DNA of 64,000 nucleotides from a virus (Duplodnaviria; Caudoviricetes): IMG/VR virus record IMGVR_UViG_2795385840_000015, positions 1 to 64,000 of that record; one strand, 5' to 3'. Shown piece by piece: positions 16,962 to 26,765 of this stretch (position 1 is its first letter; each line of letters starts with the position of its first letter). The notes under the pieces were generated by a model. It saw only the letters and a program-made list of their open reading frames with translations, ran no database searches and was not told where the DNA came from. The position numbers and the translations under genes were made by a program.

Positions 16962-17893
16962 CATTGAAACTAACCGCTATGCGCGGGTACCCCGGCTCCG
17001 GAAAGTCCACCAAGGCTAAAGAGATTGCCGCTGCAACCCGCGCTGTCCGGGTCTGTCGCGATGACCTACGGAAGATGCTGCACGACAACCACTACACCGG
17101 CAAGACGGAGTGTGAAGAGCAGGTGACGACGGCTGAGCGTGCGCAGGTACATGCGCTGCTCAAGTCGGGTACGTCAGTGGTGGTGGATGCTACGCATTTG
17201 GAGCCGCGTTGGCTGCGTAAGTGGCAGAAGATGGCCGCGCAGTACGGAGCCGAGTTTGAGGTAATCGACGTTGACACCGGCCAGCTCAAGTGTGCCGCTA
17301 ACGACCTGTTGCGTAAGGCTCGGGGTGAGCGTTACGTGGGCTCTGATGTGATTGAGCGGATGGCTAAGCGGTACCCGATTAAGAACTGGCCCAAGGTGAC
17401 TCAGCTTGAGACCTTCACACCTGAGCCGGTCGAATGGATCGACGGGCTACCGGAAGCAATCATCGTGGACATTGACGGCACGGTTGCACACATGGCTGGC
17501 CGGTCACCGTACGACTACACGCAGGTACACACGGACACAGTTGATGAGCATGTTCGTTGGTTGGTTAACACCATCGCTGGTGCGGACAACACGCCAGAAG
17601 GTCCGCCACACGTTCTAGTCGTATCTGGTCGAGACGATGAGTGCCGCGAGGCTACAGATAAGTGGTTGGTTGACAACCGCATCTATCGGGATGAGCTGCA
17701 CATGCGGCCCACCGGAGCTAAGGACGCCAACGGAAACAAGCTGCCTGACTACCGGGTGAAGTACGACCTGTTCAACCAGTACATTCGCGGCAAGTACAAC
17801 GTTCGGTTTGTGCTGGATGATCGCGACCAGGTTGTGAATCTCTGGCGGGCATTGGGTTTGAAGTGCTTGCAGGTCCAGCCGGGAGACTTCTGA
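16958..17893 (+). CDS. pnk: Polynucleotide 5'-kinase/3'-phosphatase (T4 PseT-like)
   Basis: GYPGSGKST P-loop, RDD, HAD motif DIDGT, SGR, LDDR. Confidence 0.93.
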   Translation: MTLKLTAMRGYPGSGKSTKAKEIAAATRAVRVCRDDLRKMLHDNHYTGKTECEEQVTTAERAQVHALLKSGTSVVVDATHLEPRWLRKWQKMAAQYGAEFEVIDVDTGQLKCAANDLLRKARGERYVGSDVIERMAKRYPIKNWPKVTQLETFTPEPVEWIDGLPEAIIVDIDGTVAHMAGRSPYDYTQVHTDTVDEHVRWLVNTIAGADNTPEGPPHVLVVSGRDDECREATDKWLVDNRIYRDELHMRPTGAKDANGNKLPDYRVKYDLFNQYIRGKYNVRFVLDDRDQVVNLWRALGLKCLQVQPGDF

Positions 17894-18129
17894 TGCCATA
17901 TATCGACGTGCGGTTCCACTTCTCCGCTGAGCAAGAGGACGGCTATACGCACTACGACTTGGTTTCCGCTGAGCGTGTCGGTACCGACATTCCTGGCGAC
18001 GCAATGACCGGCATAGGGGAGACGCTAGGCCAGTCCGATCACTGGAATGTCGGCGGTGGCGGCAGCGTCACGCTAGACGCAATGGTGGACTCTAGCGGCG
18101 GGCGAAAGACGGTCGGAGACTACTGGTAA
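17893..18129 (+). CDS. Hypothetical protein
   Basis: TGATG overlap. Confidence 0.55.
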   Translation: MPYIDVRFHFSAEQEDGYTHYDLVSAERVGTDIPGDAMTGIGETLGQSDHWNVGGGGSVTLDAMVDSSGGRKTVGDYW

Positions 18130-18368
18130 TGGGCAGCATTGTAATTACCGGGAACGGCGGTGTGGCGATCACTCCAGAGGGTATGCAGATCAGCCTCCCC
18201 GACACACACGTCGTCTTTAAGTACAACACCGCTACCCACACAATCGTCCTTGAGGGCGCAGACATAGCGGCTGTCCGCGAAGACAACACCATCTATCTGA
18301 GGCAGGGCGAAAAGCTAAGGACAGAGCTGGTGCTGCTGCACCCGGACTGGCCCGGCTTTAAGGGATAG
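18129..18368 (+). CDS. Hypothetical protein
   Basis: TAATG overlap. Confidence 0.6.
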   Translation: MGSIVITGNGGVAITPEGMQISLPDTHVVFKYNTATHTIVLEGADIAAVREDNTIYLRQGEKLRTELVLLHPDWPGFKG

Positions 18369-18743
18369 TTGGTGGAGCACCAAATAACGGTGCCCATGAC
18401 ACGCCCACCAATGCTCTCCAACGATCAGCGTAGGTGGACGTGGCCGCAAGTCCGGAAAGCCAAGCAACAGGTCGGGGAGGCCGTTGCTTGGCTCACCCGG
18501 CAAGCCGGAATAAAGAATCTAGGCCCGTCGCAAGTCGCAATCACCTGGTTTGTTCCAGACAAAAGACGACGAGACGTTGACTCACTCGGGCCATTCGCCA
18601 AAGCAGCATTGGACGGCATGGTCGAGGCCGGTGTTTGGCCTGGCGACGATTCGAAATGGGTAACCAAATTAAGTCTATCTATTGATCAAACGCAACCAAA
18701 GAATTCGCGTATCGAAATTAAGGTGAGTGAGAATGTCGAATGA
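18369..18743 (+). CDS. rusA: RusA-like Holliday junction resolvase
   Basis: RRRDVDS...KAALDG..AGVWPGDD. Confidence 0.85.
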   Translation: MVEHQITVPMTRPPMLSNDQRRWTWPQVRKAKQQVGEAVAWLTRQAGIKNLGPSQVAITWFVPDKRRRDVDSLGPFAKAALDGMVEAGVWPGDDSKWVTKLSLSIDQTQPKNSRIEIKVSENVE

Positions 18744-18749
18744 GGCCGC

Positions 18750-19253
18750 GTGAGGGCAGGCCCGCTTAGAAGCGACCTTGGAACGCTAAACGGAAACAAC
18801 GAACCAGTTCTATCCGGAATCAATATCAACCAGCGCAAGCACACCCCAACATTCGGGATAGAGGACATACCTCATCTACCGGGAGCGGCATGCAAGGGCG
18901 TTGACGATGACGGCGCGTTCTTTCCTAAGACGCGGGGAACCGTCGCTACCGAAGCTGCCAAGGCGATCTGCCAGGAATGTCCGGTAGTTAAGGAGTGTCT
19001 TGACTATGCCCTTGCTTGGGAAAACCGCACGGGGGAAAAGGTTTACGGCGTTTGGGGCGGCCTAGACGAATGGGATCGAACCGAACTACGCGACAAGTCG
19101 GCGGCGCGGTTGTGTCGCAAGCGGCTACACGAGGTAAGCGGAGATAACGCCGAAGCTGTCCCGCATGCACCTGGCACATTCCGTTGCCGCGCATGCAGAT
19201 TGGCTGCCAAGAGCGCCTATCGGGAACGCAAGAAGAAGGTGCAGGATGGATAA
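18750..19253 (+). CDS. WhiB-family regulator with C-terminal Zn-finger-like extension
   Basis: AAC..FFP...AICQECPVVKEC...GVWGG; then CRKRLH...CRAC. Confidence 0.85.
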   Translation: MRAGPLRSDLGTLNGNNEPVLSGININQRKHTPTFGIEDIPHLPGAACKGVDDDGAFFPKTRGTVATEAAKAICQECPVVKECLDYALAWENRTGEKVYGVWGGLDEWDRTELRDKSAARLCRKRLHEVSGDNAEAVPHAPGTFRCRACRLAAKSAYRERKKKVQDG

Positions 19254-19809
19254 CCATTGCCGGTCCGGGAAGTACTGCGTAGCCCGTACCTCGACGGGGC
19301 CAGCGGTGGTCGTGCGGCCTGGGCTGTGCCCCCGCTGCATTGACGACATTGAGAAATGCTGGTCTGAGCTGCCGGAGTATCGCCGCGCATTGGAGTCATT
19401 TAAGGCTAAGGGCTCTAGCGCTGGTGGTGAGCGGGTAGGCGGAAGTTCGGAACCGTCGTCACCGCTGAACGTCCGTGTCGTGGACCTAATTAACGCTATC
19501 GATAGCGCGCTGTCGGTTCTGTCTCTTCGGCCCGAGGCGCGTATTCGGGACATCGTTACTTGGAATGGGTCTATCGACGGTGTGTCATTTGCGTTGCGTG
19601 TTCGTGGGTTGCATTCGCAGGCTGACGGGATTGTGGGGTTGGGCAAGGTTTGGGAGCGGCGTCGGGCTCCTTGTCCTGAGTGTGATTTACCGACGTTGGG
19701 TGCGTGGGTCGGTTCGGGTGTCGTTATGTGCACGAATGCGGATTGCGCAACCACTTTGACACAGAGTGACTACGAGGCGTATTGCCTCCTAAAGGCTAAG
19801 GAAAAATGA
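19246..19809 (+). CDS. Zn-binding hypothetical protein
   Basis: LCPRC, CPEC and CTNADC motifs. Confidence 0.7.
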   Translation: MDNHCRSGKYCVARTSTGPAVVVRPGLCPRCIDDIEKCWSELPEYRRALESFKAKGSSAGGERVGGSSEPSSPLNVRVVDLINAIDSALSVLSLRPEARIRDIVTWNGSIDGVSFALRVRGLHSQADGIVGLGKVWERRRAPCPECDLPTLGAWVGSGVVMCTNADCATTLTQSDYEAYCLLKAKEK

Positions 19810-19967
19810 GTCTGAACGCTAGACGGGCGTTTTCAAAGAATGAAATTTTGGAGCTCTTTGAGATTGGAGCTATTTCTCGCGCTGAGGCTTTGCGCGGATT
19901 GGGCTATAGCACAGAACAGGTTGAAGCCATTTCGGCAGAGATTCACAGAGAGGCGGGGTTGATATGA
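19806..19967 (+). CDS. Small hypothetical protein (not in ORF track)
   Basis: ATGA overlaps at both ends; 53 aa. Confidence 0.55.
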   Translation: MSLNARRAFSKNEILELFEIGAISRAEALRGLGYSTEQVEAISAEIHREAGLI

Positions 19968-20797
19968 GTGATCTAAGCACGTTCGTATTTGATGGCCGTG
20001 ACGTACGGGTGGTGACCATTGACGGTGAGCCGTGGTGGATAGCGCGAGACGTGTTGGACATCCTGGGGCTCGGTAATGTGTCCAAGGCCCTGAGCAGGGT
20101 CGATGAGGCTGACTTTACTAGTAGTGCAGTCAGCTCTGGGGCGCAGAGGCGCAACATGTACATGGTTAATGAGTCTGGTCTTTATGACTTGATTTTGGAT
20201 AGCCGGAAGCCGGAAGCTCGGAGATTCCGGCGTTGGATTACTGCCGAAGTGCTACCAACTATTCGTAAATCGGGTGGAGCATACATCGAGCCGGGTTCGC
20301 GTGCAGAAGCCGAGTTGTCCAATCCGGACACCATGCTTGAGAAGTTCGCCGAGCTATTAAGCCTCGCAAGGTCTGAGCGCGCTAAGGCTGTCGCATCGGA
20401 AGCCCGAAATATTGAGCTTGAAGCTAAGGTCGTGATCGACGCACCTAAGGTCGCGGCATGGGATCAATTTGCAAATGCTGATGGCGCGTACTCAATAGGT
20501 ACGGTCGCGAAGATTCTTGGAAACATAGGCCAAAACACGCTATTCAAATTATTGAGACAAAATGATGTGCTCATTGAAGGCGGGGATATGCATAATACGC
20601 CGTACCAGCGATATGCTCATCATTTTAAGGTGATTACTAAGACTCGAAACATTGACGGCAAAAAGAGGTCTTCGTATAAGACGCTCGTGCCGCCGTCTGA
20701 CTTGCCATTTGTTGCGCGTAAGGCCGGAATACCGCTACCGGACGCTTCAACAATAAACGAAATCCTTGCTACAGAAAGGGAGGTAATTCATGCCTGA
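19964..20797 (+). CDS. Phage antirepressor (BRO-N plus ANT/KilA-C)
   Basis: VRVVTIDGEPWW..D, NESGLY.LI..SRKPEA..F..W...EVLP.IRK; APKV...AK.L..GQN.LF. Confidence 0.92.
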   Translation: MSDLSTFVFDGRDVRVVTIDGEPWWIARDVLDILGLGNVSKALSRVDEADFTSSAVSSGAQRRNMYMVNESGLYDLILDSRKPEARRFRRWITAEVLPTIRKSGGAYIEPGSRAEAELSNPDTMLEKFAELLSLARSERAKAVASEARNIELEAKVVIDAPKVAAWDQFANADGAYSIGTVAKILGNIGQNTLFKLLRQNDVLIEGGDMHNTPYQRYAHHFKVITKTRNIDGKKRSSYKTLVPPSDLPFVARKAGIPLPDASTINEILATEREVIHA

Positions 20798-21191
20798 TAC
20801 ATACACTTTCATTGTCGGAAACCTGACCGCTGACCCGGAGCTACGGGAGCTGCCCTCCGGCGTCCACGTCGCTAACTTCACGGTCGCGTCAACTCCTCGT
20901 CGGTACGACAAGCAGTCCGGCGAGTGGGTGGATGAAGACACCGTGTTCCTGCGGGTCAACGCCTGGCGTGCGTATGCGGAGGGCGCGGCCGAGCAGCTGC
21001 GTAAGGGCGACACAGTTGGGGTCTGGGGCAAGCTTAAGCAGAAGCCTTACGAGAACCGCGACGGCGAGAAGCGCAGTTCTTACGAGATCGAGGCGGAGTT
21101 TGTTGGTCCTGCGGCTTTGGCTCGTCGGAAGCGTGAGGATGATGACCCGTGGGGCAACGCTAAGCCTTCTAAGGACGAAGCACCTTTCTAA
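20790..21191 (+). CDS. ssb: Single-stranded DNA-binding protein
   Basis: GNLTADPELR, VANFTVASTPR, acidic tail ending DEAPF. Confidence 0.95.
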   Translation: MPDTYTFIVGNLTADPELRELPSGVHVANFTVASTPRRYDKQSGEWVDEDTVFLRVNAWRAYAEGAAEQLRKGDTVGVWGKLKQKPYENRDGEKRSSYEIEAEFVGPAALARRKREDDDPWGNAKPSKDEAPF

Positions 21192-21196
21192 ACCGG

Positions 21197-21388
21197 ATGG
21201 ACATTGAAGACAGACTAAATCAATTTCCGGTTGGGACTGTTATCGCGGATAAGCATGTAACTGCAATCCGGGTGCAAAAGTACAACAGCTGGCTAGCGGT
21301 TGACGTGTGGGACGGGGAGCTTATGTCTTCTTTGCATTTGACCCGGCTGCTGAGTCCTGAATTTAGTGTTTTGCGGGAGGGTAAATAG
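21197..21388 (+). CDS. Hypothetical protein
   Basis: 63-aa ORF in operon. Confidence 0.55.
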   Translation: MDIEDRLNQFPVGTVIADKHVTAIRVQKYNSWLAVDVWDGELMSSLHLTRLLSPEFSVLREGK

Positions 21389-22668
21389 TGAAGTTTGAAA
21401 CACCTAAGAATGTGAATTACGCGGCGGTTGTCGTCCGGGTACCAGAGCCTCTAAGGGTTCTGGGCCTGGACAACCTGGTTGCAATCCCAATGTTCGGGTA
21501 CCAGGTGCTCACGCAAAGGGAGGGCATCAAGGCCGGAGACCTGCGCGTATTGTTCGTCGCGGAAACCCAGCTGTCCGAGGAGTACGCCCGCCTGAACAAC
21601 CTGCACAGGGAGGCGACGCTTAACGATGATGCCGGCGAGACCGGCTACTTGGAGGCTAACCGCCGCGTTAGGGCAATCCGGCTGCGTAAGAACAACTCTA
21701 GTGCGCTACTCATGCCGCTTGAGTCGCTGGCCTACACGGGCATTGACGTTTCTCAGCTTGAGGTGGGAGACACGTTCGACACGCTGAACGGTCATGAGAT
21801 TTGCCGTAAGTATGTGGTTCCGGGCAAGCGGGCACAGTCCGCGTCGGGGCAGCCGAAGATCCGTCAACGGGTCGATCAGAAGCTATTCCCCATGCATTTG
21901 GATACCGAGCATCTGTTTAGGAACTGGCATGTGTTCCGGGAGCCTAAACGGGTTGTGGTGACTCAGAAGTTGCACGGCACGAGCATCCGTATTGGCCGGG
22001 TTCCTGCCGCCCGCGATAAGGGTTGGATTGAGCGGGTTGTGGTTAATAAGTGGCTGCGAATCGCTACCTCGGATACTGCGTATGAGGATGTGGCGGGCTC
22101 CCGGAGGGTGATTAAGGGCCGTTCTGAGAACAATCACTACTACGACTCGGACATCTGGGCAGCCTGCGCTAAGTGGCTTGAGGGTCTGATCCCGGAGAAC
22201 TTCATCGTGTATGGCGAGCTGATCGGCTGGGAGAGTGAAGAGAAGCCGATCCAGAAGGGCTACACCTACAACTTGCGTCCTGGTGACTGCGCTCTGTACG
22301 TGTACCGGGTAGCTACGGTGAATGGGCAGGGCGTTATCGCTGACCTGTCTTGGGAGGGCGTGGAGCAGTTCTGCGCGGCGATCGGTGTTAAAACGGTTCC
22401 GGTCATCCATAAGTTCGACGAGTACGTTTCGGCCGAGGATGAGCCGAGGATTACTGAGGCTTACGTAGACGCTTATCTTGATAAGAATCTGGCGGATAAG
22501 TTCAGCGGCGCGCTACCGCTTTCCAATCCGCTTTCGGTTGATGAGGGCATTTGTGTACGCGTGGAGGGCCAGGTGCCGCGCATCTTTAAGGCTAAGTCTC
22601 CGATCTTCTTTGAGCATGAAACCAAGATGCTCGACAAGGGCGAAGAGGACTTGGAGGCTGCCGCATAG
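21388..22668 (+). CDS. ATP-dependent RNA ligase (Rnl2/DRB0094-like, N-terminal OB fold)
   Basis: Motif I TQKLHGT, YGELIG, EGICV, KAKS. Confidence 0.85.
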   Translation: MKFETPKNVNYAAVVVRVPEPLRVLGLDNLVAIPMFGYQVLTQREGIKAGDLRVLFVAETQLSEEYARLNNLHREATLNDDAGETGYLEANRRVRAIRLRKNNSSALLMPLESLAYTGIDVSQLEVGDTFDTLNGHEICRKYVVPGKRAQSASGQPKIRQRVDQKLFPMHLDTEHLFRNWHVFREPKRVVVTQKLHGTSIRIGRVPAARDKGWIERVVVNKWLRIATSDTAYEDVAGSRRVIKGRSENNHYYDSDIWAACAKWLEGLIPENFIVYGELIGWESEEKPIQKGYTYNLRPGDCALYVYRVATVNGQGVIADLSWEGVEQFCAAIGVKTVPVIHKFDEYVSAEDEPRITEAYVDAYLDKNLADKFSGALPLSNPLSVDEGICVRVEGQVPRIFKAKSPIFFEHETKMLDKGEEDLEAAA

Positions 22669-23000
22669 TGGCTGGCCTCTGGCCGTGGCCTAAAGACACC
22701 CGCGTAGCGAGGCTCGTGCGCATCATCGACACCTACCGGGAAACCCTGGCACTTGTCGATGCTGCGGCGTGCGAGTTAGTAGATGACCGGATGCGCGCAT
22801 GGGGGCAAGGGTGGGTCTGCAATAACGAGATTGTTGATGTCAATGAATGGGCGTCGGCTAAATCCATTGCAGACCGCCACCCGGTCACCGTGTGGGATAT
22901 CTATAACTGGGAGCGCGACGGCCTGTATTCGGGCAAGAAAGTCGGGGCGCGAAAACGCTACAAAGTGGGGGATATTCTGGCGGCGATGGCAACTCGGTAA
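22668..23000 (+). CDS. HTH-containing phage protein
   Basis: WPWP.D...; C-terminal MerR-like HTH (IYNWERDG...RYKVGD). Confidence 0.6.
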   Translation: MAGLWPWPKDTRVARLVRIIDTYRETLALVDAAACELVDDRMRAWGQGWVCNNEIVDVNEWASAKSIADRHPVTVWDIYNWERDGLYSGKKVGARKRYKVGDILAAMATR

Positions 23001-23051
23001 AGGGAACCTGGTTTGTTGCTACAATAATTCTGTTGGGAGAAGTGTATCTAA

Positions 23052-23456
23052 TTGTGGGCTGAAATTGTTGGTGAGACTGGCTATAAGGTCAGCGACCAAG
23101 CGGAAGTAATAAGTCAGCGAAAAACTCTTTCTCAATGGACGGATGAGCGGGGCCGGAGACGCGTAAAGATCAAAGGGCGTCCGCGTGATGTTCACCTTTT
23201 GGTGTTGAACGCGTTTGTTGGCCCCCGTCCTGAAGGTGCTACACCTAAGTGGAAAAACGGTGACGTCTCCGATAACCGTGCCGAGAATCTGTGTTGGCAT
23301 GTCGAGTCGGATGATGAGCCTGCGCGGTATGACACGTGCCGTAGGAATCACGAATACACGCCGGAGAATACCGAGGTGTGGGGGTCGGGTAACCGAATTT
23401 GCAGGGCTTGTCGCGCGGGAATAGACCCGGTGGTTGAGCTGCCGGAGGTTCTGTGA
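23052..23456 (+). CDS. HNH homing-type endonuclease (NUMOD4-like), degenerate
   Basis: YKVSDQ...VHLLVL.AFVG...NGD..DNRAENL.W; C..NH.Y...N...CRAC. Confidence 0.75.
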   Translation: MWAEIVGETGYKVSDQAEVISQRKTLSQWTDERGRRRVKIKGRPRDVHLLVLNAFVGPRPEGATPKWKNGDVSDNRAENLCWHVESDDEPARYDTCRRNHEYTPENTEVWGSGNRICRACRAGIDPVVELPEVL

Positions 23457-23668
23457 CGAGCCAGGACAGGCTTGCGCGCAGGGTCGAATGGGCGCTGTCG
23501 AGGGTTCGGTATTCGAACGGGTACGCCGACACCGCGAATCAAGTTGTCGAAGCCCTGTCAGACCTCTTTCCGGGAGATGTTGAGGCGGCGCGGAGGATTC
23601 AAGCGCTTGAGGATGAACTGCGTGAGGTTCGGCAAGACCTTGCGTGGGCACGTTTACGAAGGCCATAG
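23453..23668 (+). CDS. Hypothetical protein
   Basis: GTGA overlap. Confidence 0.55.
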   Translation: MTSQDRLARRVEWALSRVRYSNGYADTANQVVEALSDLFPGDVEAARRIQALEDELREVRQDLAWARLRRP

Positions 23669-23775
23669 AGGGTTTGGTGCGCCCGCTTGCCGGTTCTGGC
23701 TGCACCGCGTGGGCACGGCCAAGTGATGATTGGGACAGCTTGGCCGCTGCCTGCGTTTCCAAAAGGGGGTGGGGG

Positions 23776-24036
23776 ATGAGGCCAGCGGACATCGCATGGT
23801 CGGCCTTGCTGGGTGTGATCATCGCCTACGAGATTGCCGCTCCCGTTAACGAACTTCTAAGCGAGGGATGGGACCGCTACCTAGTAAGCCGTCCTGTAAT
23901 CGCTCGTGTGGTGCCAATCATGTTGGCTCTGCACCTAATTAATGCCTTGCCGCGTTCCGTGGACCCGATCACTCGGTTCTGCGATGTGTTGCGCAGGGTG
24001 GGGGGATTCTTGAATGTCAGACGCGACATCGCCTAA
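23776..24036 (+). CDS. Small membrane protein
   Basis: AW..LLG.I.AYE...ELLSEGWDRY...HL.N..P...DP. Confidence 0.65.
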   Translation: MRPADIAWSALLGVIIAYEIAAPVNELLSEGWDRYLVSRPVIARVVPIMLALHLINALPRSVDPITRFCDVLRRVGGFLNVRRDIA

Positions 24037-24334
24037 GTACTACCAGTTTGGCGACGTTCAGTTGATCGCAGTATCAGGGAAGCTGACCGGTTGTGGTGCG
24101 CAGGCCGTGCAGTACGTGGCGCGCAGTACCCGCATGGACGGCAAGAACAAAGGCGTGACGGTTGACGCGAGGATTGAAGATTTAGAGAAAGCTAAGATCT
24201 TTATTGACTTTGAGATTGACCGTTTACGCGCCGAAGCTGACAAGGTTGTCAAGGCGGCTGGAACTTTTCATCTGGGGATAGGTCTCGGATCTGGGGATGG
24301 GGTGCATGCCCCGGCCTACGTTGGGGGCGTTTAG
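24014..24334 (+). CDS. DUF3310-like protein
   Basis: SPKYY...AVQYVAR...KN...EDLEKA. Confidence 0.7.
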   Translation: MSDATSPKYYQFGDVQLIAVSGKLTGCGAQAVQYVARSTRMDGKNKGVTVDARIEDLEKAKIFIDFEIDRLRAEADKVVKAAGTFHLGIGLGSGDGVHAPAYVGGV

Positions 24335-25119
24335 TGGCCGCAAAGATCCTGACCGTTGATATCGAGACGCAACGCGCTATCGTTGAAACGTTCAGCCTCT
24401 ACAAGCCTTTTATTCACATCGATAGGGTTGTAAAGCCTTCTCGCATATTGTGTTTCGCCGCGCAGTGGCGGGGCTCTGACAAGGTGATCTTTCATGCGGC
24501 TTGGGATGATGCTGACGGCGATGCGTACGACCGGATGATTCGTGCGGCTTGGGAGCTGCTGAATGAGGCTGACATCGTGGTCACCTACAACGGTGATCGT
24601 TTCGACCTGCAATGGTTTAACGCTGAGTTCGAGCGCCTAAAACTAGGCCCGCCAACGCCTTACAAGAGTTTCGACCTTGTGAAACTGACTAAGCAGAAGT
24701 TCAAGCAGGGCTTGTTGTCCCTGAAACTAGATTGGTCATCACGAATCTACTTGGGCGACCGGAAGGTTCCGCACGGTGGAACCGATTTGTGGCATGACAT
24801 TCGGTACGGGACGCGTGCGGAGCGTCGGGCAGCCCAGAAGGTCATGCGCGAGTACTGCGAGCATGACACGGTTCTTACGGGCCGGCTTATGGAACGCTGG
24901 TTGCCCTGGTCAAAGCTGAATCTGTCTCTGTATGAGGACAACGACGATGAGCTGCTGCATTGCGTTAAGTGCAATGGCACTGACTTGAAACGCGATGGCG
25001 TAAAGTTTTACGCGACAAGCGGTTTCCTGTATCAGATGTACCGCTGTAAGAGCAAGAGTTGTCGGGCTACGTCGCGGGGCAAGCGTGCGCAGCGTTCTAG
25101 CGAGTTGAGGCCGGTGTGA
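24334..25119 (+). CDS. DEDD 3'-5' exonuclease (RNase H-like fold) with C-terminal Zn ribbon
   Basis: DIET, YNGDRFD, YCEHD; CVKC...C..C. Confidence 0.88.
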   Translation: MAAKILTVDIETQRAIVETFSLYKPFIHIDRVVKPSRILCFAAQWRGSDKVIFHAAWDDADGDAYDRMIRAAWELLNEADIVVTYNGDRFDLQWFNAEFERLKLGPPTPYKSFDLVKLTKQKFKQGLLSLKLDWSSRIYLGDRKVPHGGTDLWHDIRYGTRAERRAAQKVMREYCEHDTVLTGRLMERWLPWSKLNLSLYEDNDDELLHCVKCNGTDLKRDGVKFYATSGFLYQMYRCKSKSCRATSRGKRAQRSSELRPV

Positions 25120-25478
25120 TTGATGGTGGTGTGATCGAGACTTGGACCAACCCTCATCCGTACTCATGGAAGCGTCCTACGCGCCCATGGCTCGACCGAC
25201 CATCAAGCCATGGGCGGTCGAGCCTGATTAAGGGCGCGATCCTGGCGGGCACTCACCCGGCATGTGTCGAGGTCGGGGAAGCCCTTGGTTTGAATCCTTG
25301 TGAATGGCTGAGTATTTCGACGCGGGAATTTAAGGCTCCGAAGGGCTGTGGGTTTGGTCGAGTGTTGGTTGATGCGGCGACTGTGGGTGATGTTTCGCGG
25401 GAGATTCGGGACGCACTGAATATGTGTGCGCTTCCGCATCAGACGCAGTGGCATTGGCTTGATCGGGATGTGTTGTGA
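25116..25478 (+). CDS. Hypothetical protein
   Basis: GTGA overlap. Confidence 0.5.
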   Translation: MIDGGVIETWTNPHPYSWKRPTRPWLDRPSSHGRSSLIKGAILAGTHPACVEVGEALGLNPCEWLSISTREFKAPKGCGFGRVLVDAATVGDVSREIRDALNMCALPHQTQWHWLDRDVL

Positions 25479-25660
25479 GCGGTCCAATTAAGAGCCGTTT
25501 GGTTGAGCTGACTTCGGCTGTGGCCGCGACCTTGTTGGCTGCGGGTGTTGATCCGAATGTTGTGGGATTCCTTGCGTACGACTCGGTTACGGGCGTTTTG
25601 GAGGGGTCTGAGCGTGAGTTGCTGGCTTGGGAGGACTACGACTATGACGACGAAGCCTAA
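25475..25660 (+). CDS. Hypothetical protein
   Basis: GTGA overlap. Confidence 0.5.
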   Translation: MSGPIKSRLVELTSAVAATLLAAGVDPNVVGFLAYDSVTGVLEGSERELLAWEDYDYDDEA

Positions 25661-25793
25661 GCCGCCGCCGGATAGGCAGATCCTTGTGGCTCTGCCGGAG
25701 GACAAGATGATGCGTCTTGTGAAGCGGGCCGGTGAGGCTGGTCAGCATGCGCACGAGTTCGCAGCTTGCAAGCTGTTGGAGGCGATCAAATGA
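25644..25793 (+). CDS. Small putative ribbon-helix-helix protein
   Basis: GGGAGG RBS; RQILVALPED...L..RA pattern. Confidence 0.45.
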   Translation: MTTKPKPPPDRQILVALPEDKMMRLVKRAGEAGQHAHEFAACKLLEAIK

Positions 25794-26339
25794 CTTTGTT
25801 TGTAGCGATTGTGGTTGCGGTGGCTGTATGTGCGGTCGTCCGCGCTGCGGTGTCGTAGTGGCAACGATCTACATGTTGTATGACCCGCTTGCTACAGGTA
25901 AGGCGGTCTACAACATCGGCGGTGGTTCGTCTACGGCAGCCTATCCGCGTATCTATCTGACGCTTAAGCAGGCAGAACGTATGCAGGCTAGGCACTTTCC
26001 CGAGACGATGATTCACACGATTCATTTGACAGGTGGCGCTTGATGACTGGTGATGAGTTGTATGAGCATGCCGACGAACTGGCTTTGGAGGCTGTCGTGG
26101 GCGAGTATCCGGAGTTGCCGCGAGCGTGCCGTCTGGCGCGCCTAGATCCGCATGAATGCCACCGTGGGCCTTGTTGGGGTCTGTGTGGCCACGATGGCGC
26201 GTGTGAGCCAGGGTGAGGGCCTATCGCGCCCGTCTGGAGCTTCGTAGGTCCAATGCTGCTGTTCCGCACCGTAACCGGTACCGGGAGCGTAAATCAGGGA
26301 AGGGCAGGCATGGGGAGGCCATAGCGGAGTGGGGGTTAG

Positions 26340-26759
26340 ATGCCGGGGAACTTGCGGAAGAAGACGACGAAGAATGCTGGCCGTACCGAGCGTGAGTATC
26401 TGCGGATGCGGCGCAGGGTACTTAGCAAGTCGGGAATCTGCCATCTATGCAAGTCACCGATTGATCCGAACCTGAAACCGATCTGCCAGTTCGTACGGAC
26501 AGATGGTTATACGTGGGAGAACGCGCACGAGATTCCGTTGACGTGTGGCCCGGAGTGCGAGGGGCACAGCAGGAAAGCTAATCCGTGGTCGGGGTCGCTT
26601 GATCACGTCACGCCGGTTAGTGATCTGCCTCCGGATTCTCCGTTGTTGACTTCGGACTCGAACGGCAAGCCTGCGCATTTGGATTGCAATAGGCGTCGCG
26701 GTAATCGACCGCCTACTAGTAAAGCGAGGAACAAGGTTTCTCGGGATTGGTTGTTATAA
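26340..26759 (+). CDS. HNH endonuclease (packaging-associated type)
   Basis: CHLC...DHV.P...N...AHLDCNRRRG; start uncertain. Confidence 0.8.
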   Translation: MPGNLRKKTTKNAGRTEREYLRMRRRVLSKSGICHLCKSPIDPNLKPICQFVRTDGYTWENAHEIPLTCGPECEGHSRKANPWSGSLDHVTPVSDLPPDSPLLTSDSNGKPAHLDCNRRRGNRPPTSKARNKVSRDWLL

Positions 26760-26765
26760 CTAAAC

